Of a stretch of DNA of 64,000 nucleotides, positions 56,777 through 64,000 are shown piece by piece. Source of the DNA: Candidatus Parcubacteria bacterium (lineage in GTDB: Bacteria; Patescibacteriota; Minisyncoccia; Phycocordibacterales; UBA2100); contig QZJK01000007.1 of NCBI GenBank assembly GCA_003599295.1, positions 2,228 to 66,227 of the forward strand, written 5' to 3'. Below the pieces are notes generated by a model. It was not told the DNA's origin. It was given only the letters and a program-made list of their open reading frames with translations, and made no database searches. Position 1 is the stretch's first letter. Each line of letters begins with the position of its first letter. The translations under genes were made by a program, and so were the position numbers.

Positions 56777-57871
56777 ATGAACATCTCAACAGTGAAAGAA
56801 AAAATACTTCAGGCGACACTGATCGCTGAGCGGGTAACCGGGAAAAAAGAATCTCTCCCGATTCTTTCCTGTGTCCTTCTTGATGTTTCGAAAGAGTTGA
56901 CCATTCGGGCAACTAATTTGGAGGCGGGTATTGAGATCCGGATACCTTGTGATGTTGTTGAGAAAGGCGTGATCGCTGTCCCGACGAATGTTCTTTCACA
57001 AACACTACGTTCCATTGGGGGTGAAAAAGTGAGCCTTAAAACAGATGAGGGTAATTTGGTTATAGAGTCAAAAGGAACGAGGACCCTTATTAAATCCATA
57101 CCCCACGATGAGTTTCCCGCGCTCCCAGGAGGCGCTGAGGGCTCAGGAATATCAATATCTCGGATGAACCTCATCGAAGGGATACAAGCTGTCTCGTACG
57201 CAGCGTCCCCGTCGATGATACGACCGGAATTAGGCAGTGTGTACGTTTCCATGCACCGTAACGGTTTGACGTGCGTTGCAACAGACTCCTTCAGGCTTGC
57301 CGAAAAAACAATCAGGGGAGAGAAGGGGAGCACACAGGATATCCTTGTACCTCTTAAGCACGCGCTCGAGGTGGTGCACATTTTGGAGCGCACCGAAGTG
57401 GACGACATAAAACTATCGGCAGACGAGTCGCAGCTGACGGTCTCCGCAGATGGGGTAAGGTACGTATCTCGCGTCATTGACGGCACATTCCCGAATTACA
57501 CAGAAATTCTTCCGAAGAAATACAGCGCCGAGGCAACTGTTCTTAAAAGTGATTTTTCTGAAATGTTAAAGAAGGCCCGCGTGTTCTCCGGGAATGAACA
57601 GAATATAGGGCTCCACCTGTATCCGAAGAAAAAGGTGTTCACGGCAACCGCACAGAGCGCTGATGTCGGAGAAATGTCCGACTCCATCGACGCCGCAACC
57701 TCAGGCGAGGACACCGACATAAACTTTCATATCGGATACCTCGCGGATTGTTTGCCTTCGATCGCGTCCGACTCAATCACACTTTGTTTTTCCGGCGCGG
57801 GCAAACCACTTGTCATTAAAGGAGTTTCAGACCCGACATTCACCTATCTCGTGATGCCGTTGAACAGATGA
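56777..57871 (+). CDS. dnaN: DNA polymerase III beta sliding clamp
   Basis: 364 aa with a three-domain clamp architecture and a typical N-terminus. Confidence 0.9.
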   Translation: MNISTVKEKILQATLIAERVTGKKESLPILSCVLLDVSKELTIRATNLEAGIEIRIPCDVVEKGVIAVPTNVLSQTLRSIGGEKVSLKTDEGNLVIESKGTRTLIKSIPHDEFPALPGGAEGSGISISRMNLIEGIQAVSYAASPSMIRPELGSVYVSMHRNGLTCVATDSFRLAEKTIRGEKGSTQDILVPLKHALEVVHILERTEVDDIKLSADESQLTVSADGVRYVSRVIDGTFPNYTEILPKKYSAEATVLKSDFSEMLKKARVFSGNEQNIGLHLYPKKKVFTATAQSADVGEMSDSIDAATSGEDTDINFHIGYLADCLPSIASDSITLCFSGAGKPLVIKGVSDPTFTYLVMPLNR

Positions 57872-57910
57872 GGTTTTTCAAATCTTATCTTTGAGAACTC
57901 GGGTTCTCAA

Positions 57911-60340
57911 CTATTGAATTGTGAACGCGGCGGTGCGCTCCACGGGACCTGAGGGCGTATCGAACACGACGCGGAGGAGTGCCTCGCCGCGCGCCGCGGT
58001 TGTTAATGAAAAATAGAACGGCGGTTCGTCCGAAGAGCCAACGGGCTCGTTGTTAAGATAGAACGACACGCTCGACACCTGGATCCCGCTCGGGTACGTA
58101 ATGAGAACCGGGATCGCGGCCGAGCCGGAGAATGTTGAATTTTGAAGCGGCAAAATAATGGAGAAATCCATACCTCCCGCTCCCGGCACTAGTACTCCGG
58201 GGGTTGTGCTCGCTTGCTGTCCCGCCCAGACCGCGACCGGATACTCCCAATGTGCGTATTGCGAATCCCCCCACGGGTTCGTGGGCCTCCCGCCGCGCGG
58301 ATTGTCTTTGTCCACCCAGTGAAGGATCTCGTGGACCCCCTGCGCAGAGTCAGTGTTCCATTCGCCCCGGAGGACTGGCGGGATGGATTCCAAATTGCTT
58401 TCCGGAGAGGGCGGTGTGAAAGGTCCCGGCGGATATTTTTCAAGCGCATAATCCATGAACTCGCGCCACATGGGGGCGACGATAAAACCCGCCACGCGCT
58501 TTTCCATCGGCGAGTTATCGTTGTTCCCCGCCCACGCGCCGGCGGAAATCGTCGGCGTGTAGCCGACGATCCAGGCGTCGCGGTAGTCGTTCGTCGTACC
58601 GGTTTTTACTGCGACCGCATGTTCCGTGAACGACAACGCGGAGGTTTCGCCGAACGCCGGCGCGCGCGCGATGTTATCGGACAGGATATCCGAAACGGCG
58701 CGCGCGATCTGCGGCTCCATGACGCGTTCGGCATGTTCTTCGTACTCTTCGAGCACATCTCCGTTTCTATCCGTGACGCTCTGTATCGGAGCGGGCGGAT
58801 TTCTCACGCCGTCGTTCGCGAACGTGGCGTACGCGCCGACCATGTCGAGAAGGTACACTTCGCCTCCTCCGAGGACGAGGGTGAGCCCGTAGCGGTCTTT
58901 ATTTTCGAGCGTCGTAATGCCCATGCTCCGCGCAGTGTCTATGGAATCATCGATGCCGGCGAGGTAGAGGACCTTTACCGCCGGAATGTTCACGGATTGC
59001 GCGAGCGCGTTCCGGAAGGAGATGGGACCGCGGAACACGTTGTCGTAGTTGTCGGGAGAGTAGCAGTCGTCGTGCGTTTCGAGATCGTTCGGCTCGCAAT
59101 GCGCGGTAAATTGCGTCTTGAGATCGAAAACGACGGTCTCTGGCGTATAGCCTTTTTTGAATGCGGTCGCGTAGACGAATGGTTTGAACGCTGAGCCCGG
59201 CTGCTGCGGGGTCACAGTAACATTCACCATGCCGTCGATGTTCTCGTCGAAGAATCCGCGCGAGCCGACCATCGCGAGCACTTGGCCCGTCTTCGGGTCT
59301 ATTGCAACAAGGCCCGCGTTCTCCGCATTGAAATTCCGTTCGTTCGCGAGCGCGTGCTCCCGTACGATGCGCTCGGCCTCTTGCTGGAGGTCGTAATCAA
59401 GCGTCGTGATCACCTGGAGACCGCCGTTCGCGACGACCTCGGGTCCGTACTTCTCCTCCAAATACTCGCGCACATAGAAGACGAAGTGCGGCGCCTTAAT
59501 ACCCACTTCGGCCTCGCTCTGGAACTCAACCTCTTCCGCGAGCGCTTCTTCATAGGTTGCCTCATCGATAAAGCCGTTCTCAAGCATGCGGCTGAGCACG
59601 AGGTCTTGGCGAGCCTCCAACTCGTCTCGGCGGCTCCCGTATGGCGAATAGCGCGTCGGCGCCTGGGGAAGCGCGGCGAGGTATGCGGCTTGCGCAAGCG
59701 TCACGTCGGAGGCGGAGACACCAAAGAAATATTTACTTGCCTCTTCTACCCCGTATATAGTCCCGCCGTACGGCGCCTCATTGAGATACGTTTCAAGTAT
59801 CTCATCCTTCGAATACACGCGTTCAAGACGAAGAGCAAGGATTATCTCTTTCGCTTTTCTCGTCAGCGTTTTATCCGTCGTCAGGAGCGTATTTTTTACG
59901 ACTTGCTGGGTAATGGTCGAACCGCCTTGCCCGGCGAAACCCTCGCGCAGGCGCAAATTCACGAGGACCGCGCGAAGGAAAGAGAGCGGCCGGAACCCGT
60001 TGTGTTCATAAAACGTCGCGTCTTCAATGGCGATGGTCGCGTTCCTGATGTGTATCGAGATATCTTCAAGGGGTACTTCAGTGCGCCGCATGGAGCCGTG
60101 CACATCGTAGAGAATGACATTGCCCGTCCGGTCATAAATCTTCGTGGATTCAGCGACGCGACGGCTCTCGAAGTTCTGAATGGAAGGCAGCGGCACGACC
60201 GTAGCCCAGATGACGCCCGCGCCAAGGGTAAAGAGCGCAACGGCGACACCCAAGACCACGATGACCTCGAGCCATACCAGTAGCTCACCCCTTTTTGGCA
60301 GCCGCCTCATTTGTGCGGCATTGTAGCGTTTTTCGGGCAA
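57911..60340 (-). CDS. class A penicillin-binding protein (transglycosylase/transpeptidase) with C-terminal extension
   Basis: An N-terminal TM helix, GT51 motifs (EDATFYEHNG, GGSTITQQ), a transpeptidase domain (KTGTTND) and a roughly 150-aa C-terminal tail. Confidence 0.85.
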   Translation of the reverse strand: MPEKRYNAAQMRRLPKRGELLVWLEVIVVLGVAVALFTLGAGVIWATVVPLPSIQNFESRRVAESTKIYDRTGNVILYDVHGSMRRTEVPLEDISIHIRNATIAIEDATFYEHNGFRPLSFLRAVLVNLRLREGFAGQGGSTITQQVVKNTLLTTDKTLTRKAKEIILALRLERVYSKDEILETYLNEAPYGGTIYGVEEASKYFFGVSASDVTLAQAAYLAALPQAPTRYSPYGSRRDELEARQDLVLSRMLENGFIDEATYEEALAEEVEFQSEAEVGIKAPHFVFYVREYLEEKYGPEVVANGGLQVITTLDYDLQQEAERIVREHALANERNFNAENAGLVAIDPKTGQVLAMVGSRGFFDENIDGMVNVTVTPQQPGSAFKPFVYATAFKKGYTPETVVFDLKTQFTAHCEPNDLETHDDCYSPDNYDNVFRGPISFRNALAQSVNIPAVKVLYLAGIDDSIDTARSMGITTLENKDRYGLTLVLGGGEVYLLDMVGAYATFANDGVRNPPAPIQSVTDRNGDVLEEYEEHAERVMEPQIARAVSDILSDNIARAPAFGETSALSFTEHAVAVKTGTTNDYRDAWIVGYTPTISAGAWAGNNDNSPMEKRVAGFIVAPMWREFMDYALEKYPPGPFTPPSPESNLESIPPVLRGEWNTDSAQGVHEILHWVDKDNPRGGRPTNPWGDSQYAHWEYPVAVWAGQQASTTPGVLVPGAGGMDFSIILPLQNSTFSGSAAIPVLITYPSGIQVSSVSFYLNNEPVGSSDEPPFYFSLTTAARGEALLRVVFDTPSGPVERTAAFTIQ

Positions 60341-60345
60341 TTTTG

Positions 60346-60816
60346 CTATCGCGTGTGGGCGAGGTGCGTGACGCCGATGGCGATCGCATCGTACTCGTCG
60401 TCGTGTTTGATATCCTTCTCTATCTTCAGGAGGACGTGGAGCATCTTCATCACGTGGGTTTTATCCGCGCCGCCCCAGCCTGCCGCGGCGCTCTTCACCT
60501 GGCCCGGCGTATACTCGAAGACCCGAATGCCGGAGCGCGTAGCGAGGGCGATCAATGCGCCGCGCACCTCCGCGACGCGCATCGCGGTTTTTTGGTTATT
60601 CGTCAAATAGAGTTTCTCAAGGGCCATCGAATCCGGCGCGTGCTCGTCGATGAGCCGGGCGCACTCACCGACGACTTTCCCGAGCCGCTCTGGGAACTCC
60701 GACTGCGCCGACGTTTCGATGCAGGCAGAGTGGATGAGGAGCTCCTCGCCGTTCGATTTCTCGACGACTGCGACGCCGCATCTGCCGTAGCCCGGATCAA
60801 TAGCGAGAACTCTCAT
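60346..60816 (-). CDS. ruvC: Holliday junction resolvase RuvC
   Basis: MRVLAIDPGYGRCGVAV... with RNase H-like fold motifs; 156 aa. Confidence 0.85.
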   Translation of the reverse strand: MRVLAIDPGYGRCGVAVVEKSNGEELLIHSACIETSAQSEFPERLGKVVGECARLIDEHAPDSMALEKLYLTNNQKTAMRVAEVRGALIALATRSGIRVFEYTPGQVKSAAAGWGGADKTHVMKMLHVLLKIEKDIKHDDEYDAIAIGVTHLAHTR

Positions 60817-60827
60817 GTGTATCGTAT

Positions 60828-61358
60828 CTACGCCGCATTCGTGTATACATGCTCGACATCGTCGTGGGTGTCTATTTCTTGGAGGACCTTCATCAATACT
60901 TCGTTATCGGCCTCAGATAGGGGAACGGTTGTTTTCGGCGCGTAGCCTTCTGCGGACTTCTCGAATGCCCACAAAGCACTTCCGGGTGCCGCAAGCGCAA
61001 GACCGTTCTTCGTCAGCAAGTGTTTGATCTCTTGCGCGGTACGGTTCCTACTGTCAGTAAGCGCTTCAATGACTATCGCAGCACCACCGGGCCCGTATGT
61101 TTCGTACGTTACCGATTCGAGCGCGCCGGTATCAGCCGATGTTCCGCGTGCGACCGCGCGCTCAATATTATCTTTCGGCATGTTTTCCTTTTTAGCCGTC
61201 TCGATGATCGCACGGAGGGCGGGGGAGTTAACGTCGCCACCCGCTTTTTTCGATTCGACGGTGATGCGCTTCGCAAGCTTGCCCCATACGTTGCTTTTTG
61301 CCGCGTCATTCGCACCCTTTTGCCGCTTTATTTGAGACCATTTATTGTGTCCGCCCAT
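60828..61358 (-). CDS. yebC: YebC/PmpR-family protein (short form lacking middle domain)
   Basis: The N-terminus MGGHNKWSQIKRQK and the C-terminus ...DVEHVY match the YebC family. It is 176 aa versus about 245 aa. Confidence 0.7.
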   Translation of the reverse strand: MGGHNKWSQIKRQKGANDAAKSNVWGKLAKRITVESKKAGGDVNSPALRAIIETAKKENMPKDNIERAVARGTSADTGALESVTYETYGPGGAAIVIEALTDSRNRTAQEIKHLLTKNGLALAAPGSALWAFEKSAEGYAPKTTVPLSEADNEVLMKVLQEIDTHDDVEHVYTNAA

Positions 61359-61383
61359 GAATGCATCCTAGCATTTTTGCTAT

Positions 61384-61860
61384 TCACAATGCTATCCACG
61401 CGCTATCCACGATTTTCGACATGTTGCATGCATTTGACGCCAAAATGCATGCTTTACAATCACAAGTCTGATGCGCTTTACCGTGCGTCAGCGGGTTCCA
61501 GGGATGTTCCGCAAGGGACATCCCAAGGTTCCCAGCTCCTAGGGTTTCTCGTGCGCAAGCGCGAGACACTGCAGGAGCCGTCGGACGGAGCAGTGGAGAG
61601 CAAGGGGATGTCGGGCGCAAGTTTGACACCTCCGGCTTTCGAGGGAAGATCGTATCAACCCAAGAAAAGCCCGCCACGAGACCAGGTCGTCCGAGAACAC
61701 AATCGCCTCCGCGCAAGCGGAGGCGATTGTGTTCTACACGCACGAAGCCTCGGTGTTTGCCGAGGCTTCGGAACGCTTTACCGTGCTTTTGCTAGATCAG
61801 CCACACAATTGTATACACGGTCGGAGCGACGAAAGCTTCTTATCCCCATATTCTCTAGAG
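61384..61860. other. hairpin-rich non-coding segment (possible structured RNA or regulatory region)
   Basis: Three or more hairpins carry GCAA tetraloops. A 19-bp perfect stem is at 61693-61735 and a 10-bp stem at 61746-61770. There is also a 13-nt direct repeat CGCTTTACCGTGC and tandem GCTATCCACG. Confidence 0.3.
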
Positions 61861-62868
61861 AAGCGGTTCTTGTGCGGAGCGAGGCGGAGGGATCCCCACA
61901 TGCTCGTATCCCTTTTTTGTCACCGCGCGCCCGCGTGGGGTTCGCTCCAAAAGACCAAGCTGCATAAGGTATGGTTCGTGCACTTCTTCGATAGTGGCTT
62001 CTTCTTCCGAGAGCGACGCCGCAACGGTTTTCAATCCGACAGGACCACCCCCAAATTTCTCGATAATAATGGTCAGGATATCGCGGTCGGTCTGATTTAA
62101 GCCGCCCTCGTCGATCTCCAGGAGCGCGAGCGCCTTCTTTACGGTTTTCATCGCGAGCGGTTCCTTATTCACTTCGGCAAAATCGCGGGCGCGTTTCAAG
62201 AGGTAGTTCGCGGTGCGCGGCGTAGCGCGACTCCTCCGCGCGACCTCCGCGAGTGATTCGCCGTCAACACCTATACCTAAGATACTCGCCGAGCGTTTCA
62301 GGATTTCCGCTATCTCACCCTCGTTGTAATAGTTGAGGCGGAACGTGCCGCCGGAGAAACGCGAGCGCAGTGGCGCGGAGAGCAAAGAAATGCGCGTGGT
62401 CGCCGCGATGAGCGTGAACGGGGGAAGCTCCAATTGCACCGTGCGCGCGGCGGGGCCTTTCCCGATGACGATATCGAGGACCCCCGACTCCATCGCCGGA
62501 TAGAGCACTTCTTCAATAGTCCTGTTCAAACGATGGATCTCATCGATGAAGAGCACGTCTCCCGGGGAAAGATTAGTCAATATGGACGCGAGATCGCCGA
62601 CACGCTCTATCGCAGGTCCCGAAGTCGCGCGTAGCGACGCGCCTATCTCTTTCGCCATTAAATGCGCGAGTGTTGTCTTGCCCAATCCGGGCGGTCCGTA
62701 GAGCAGCACGTGCTCCGGTTGGTGATTCCTGCCTTTTGCGGCGGTGAGAAGGATGCGGAGATTCTCTTTAATGGTCGGTTGCCCGACATATTCTTCCCAT
62801 AGGCCGGGGCGGAGCGCTTGGTCAAGCGTCCGGGAGCCTTTTTCTTCCAAGTTCGGTTGTTTCCCCAT
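61855..62868 (-). CDS. ruvB: Holliday junction branch-migration helicase RuvB
   Basis: AAA+ Walker A GPPGLGKTT and typical RuvB N- and C-terminal domains. Confidence 0.9.
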   Translation of the reverse strand: MGKQPNLEEKGSRTLDQALRPGLWEEYVGQPTIKENLRILLTAAKGRNHQPEHVLLYGPPGLGKTTLAHLMAKEIGASLRATSGPAIERVGDLASILTNLSPGDVLFIDEIHRLNRTIEEVLYPAMESGVLDIVIGKGPAARTVQLELPPFTLIAATTRISLLSAPLRSRFSGGTFRLNYYNEGEIAEILKRSASILGIGVDGESLAEVARRSRATPRTANYLLKRARDFAEVNKEPLAMKTVKKALALLEIDEGGLNQTDRDILTIIIEKFGGGPVGLKTVAASLSEEEATIEEVHEPYLMQLGLLERTPRGRAVTKKGYEHVGIPPPRSAQEPLL

Positions 62869-63190
62869 ACCTCATGGCTCTGCCGGGCTCAAACGAGGCG
62901 GGCAAAGGCATGCATTGACATTTAATTATTATATGATATACTCTTTGCCGGTTGGACGTTCTCCAGCTTTTTTATTTTACCGTACCTTCGAGACACTCAG
63001 TTTCGGGCGATGGTGGCTTCTTCCGAGGACGGTGGCGGTTTGCCGCTCGCTTGCGAACGGCTCGCGGCCCCTATCCTCAGGCTCTTGCTGCAACTTTCTC
63101 CATGAAAGCATCGCCCGAAAGTGCGTGTCTCCAAACTGAATTCACGATAGCATCGCTTTCAATGCGCACAAGGTGCTTTCGTGGTCTAAA

Positions 63191-64000
63191 TCATCCTATT
63201 GTTTCCAACATGACCTCGTCATGAAGGTCAACAACACGTGAGAGTTCATCAAGCGAGGTAACACCTTGAAGCACCTTCGCCGCACCATCTTGCGCCATCC
63301 GGCGTATTTTTTGATGCGCGGCGGCTTTCCAGATGTCGCGCTCACTCGAGCTTGTGCGCACGCACGCCTCTATCTCTTTGTCCATAAGGATAACTTCGAC
63401 GACCGCGATGCGGCCCTTGTATCCGAGACCGCCGCACTTCGGACATCCCTTCGGCACCCACATCGTGTCGCGATTCGCGGGAAGGTCTTCCGGATGCGGT
63501 ATGTTCCTGATAAGCGGTGCGAGCAATTTCGCGTCTTCTCCCATGATGGGTTTTGCCTCACGGCAGTGCGGACACAGGCGTCGAACGAGACGCTGCGCCA
63601 TTGCCGTCGTTATCGCAGCGCCCAAAATGTCGGCATTCACGCCCATGTCGATAAGCCGCGGGAATGTGCCGGCCGCATCGTTCGTGTGAAGCGTCGAGAA
63701 GACGAGGTGCCCTGTAAGCGACGCATTGACCGCGGTCGATGCCACTTCGGCATCGCGTATTTCGCCGACCATGATGACGTCCGGGTCTTGGCGCAGCGTG
63801 CTACGCAGTCCCTCGGCGAACGTATAGTCCTTTGAGACCTGCGTTTGGACGATGCCGGGCAGGTGATACTCGATAGGGTCTTCGATGGTGACTATCTTTA
63901 TGCCGGGGTTATGGACCTGCCGGAGGAACGCGTACAACGTCGTCGTTTTTCCGCTTCCGGTCGGTCCGGTGTTCAGTATCATGCCGTTCGGCTTCGCTAT
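63191..64000 (-). CDS. GspE/PilB-type secretion ATPase, C-terminal part (5' end beyond window)
   Basis: Walker A GPTGSGKTT, Asp/His boxes and a C-terminal tetracysteine motif CPHC...CPKCGG. Confidence 0.8.
   Translation of the reverse strand: MAKPNGMILNTGPTGSGKTTTLYAFLRQVHNPGIKIVTIEDPIEYHLPGIVQTQVSKDYTFAEGLRSTLRQDPDVIMVGEIRDAEVASTAVNASLTGHLVFSTLHTNDAAGTFPRLIDMGVNADILGAAITTAMAQRLVRRLCPHCREAKPIMGEDAKLLAPLIRNIPHPEDLPANRDTMWVPKGCPKCGGLGYKGRIAVVEVILMDKEIEACVRTSSSERDIWKAAAHQKIRRMAQDGAAKVLQGVTSLDELSRVVDLHDEVMLETIG

Noticed and set aside
61020-61967. 315-aa plus-strand ORF spanning yebC antisense and the hairpin-rich spacer
   Set aside because: Most of it is antisense to yebC and the remainder crosses strong palindromes. 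It is an artefact of a long GC-rich frame.
62744-63139. 131-aa plus-strand ORF in the ruvB / GspE spacer
   Set aside because: It starts inside ruvB antisense sequence and has no domain signatures. The region is better explained as promoter or leader DNA.
1-64000. CRISPR arrays, rRNA genes, IS elements or transposases
   Set aside because: No regularly spaced direct repeats with unique spacers, no rRNA-like conserved stretches and no transposase-like ORFs were seen anywhere in the window.

Overview
This 64 kb window looks like a reduced, CPR/Patescibacteria-like genome (inference from gene content and several shortened housekeeping proteins). GC is moderately high with a few AT-rich islands. 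It spans the replication-origin region (rpmH-rnpA-yidC-jag, dnaA, an AT-rich oriC candidate, dnaN).

Landmarks from left to right:
- 1-8841, minus strand: a type IV pilus operon (pilB, pilC, three pilin-like genes) contiguous with tpiA-pgk.
- 8977-16794: housekeeping genes nusA, ppa, tig, clpP, rny and hup.
- 16800-22740: a tRNA-rich patch containing tRNA-Gly(TCC), tRNA-Pro, tRNA-Gly(GCC) and tRNA-Arg. It also holds partial copies of the tRNA-Gly 3' end, AT-rich spacers, a recurring TGTCCTTTA motif and a roughly 400 bp candidate ncRNA region.
- 22742-40064: xth, a Xer recombinase, rarA, an FKBP PPIase, rpsO, an NYN-domain gene, a TerC-like gene, pnp, a DksA-like gene, comM, purA, a LysM/M23 peptidase, uvrD and rsmA.
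- 40068-53131, plus strand: a roughly 13 kb type IV secretion (T4SS)-like cluster. It encodes a VirB6/TrbL-like protein, a PrgI/VirB3-like protein, a VirB4 homologue split into two ORFs, secreted and beta-propeller proteins and a Cys-rich VirB2-like pilin candidate. No relaxase or coupling protein is present.
- 57911-64000: PBP1A, ruvC, a short yebC, a roughly 480 nt hairpin-rich (GCAA tetraloop) non-coding segment, ruvB and a second GspE/PilB-type ATPase cut by the window end.

No CRISPR array, rRNA or transposase was seen. The T4SS-like cluster is the best candidate for the novel system; the hairpin-rich segment, the tRNA-associated repeat structure and the possible ncRNA are secondary leads.
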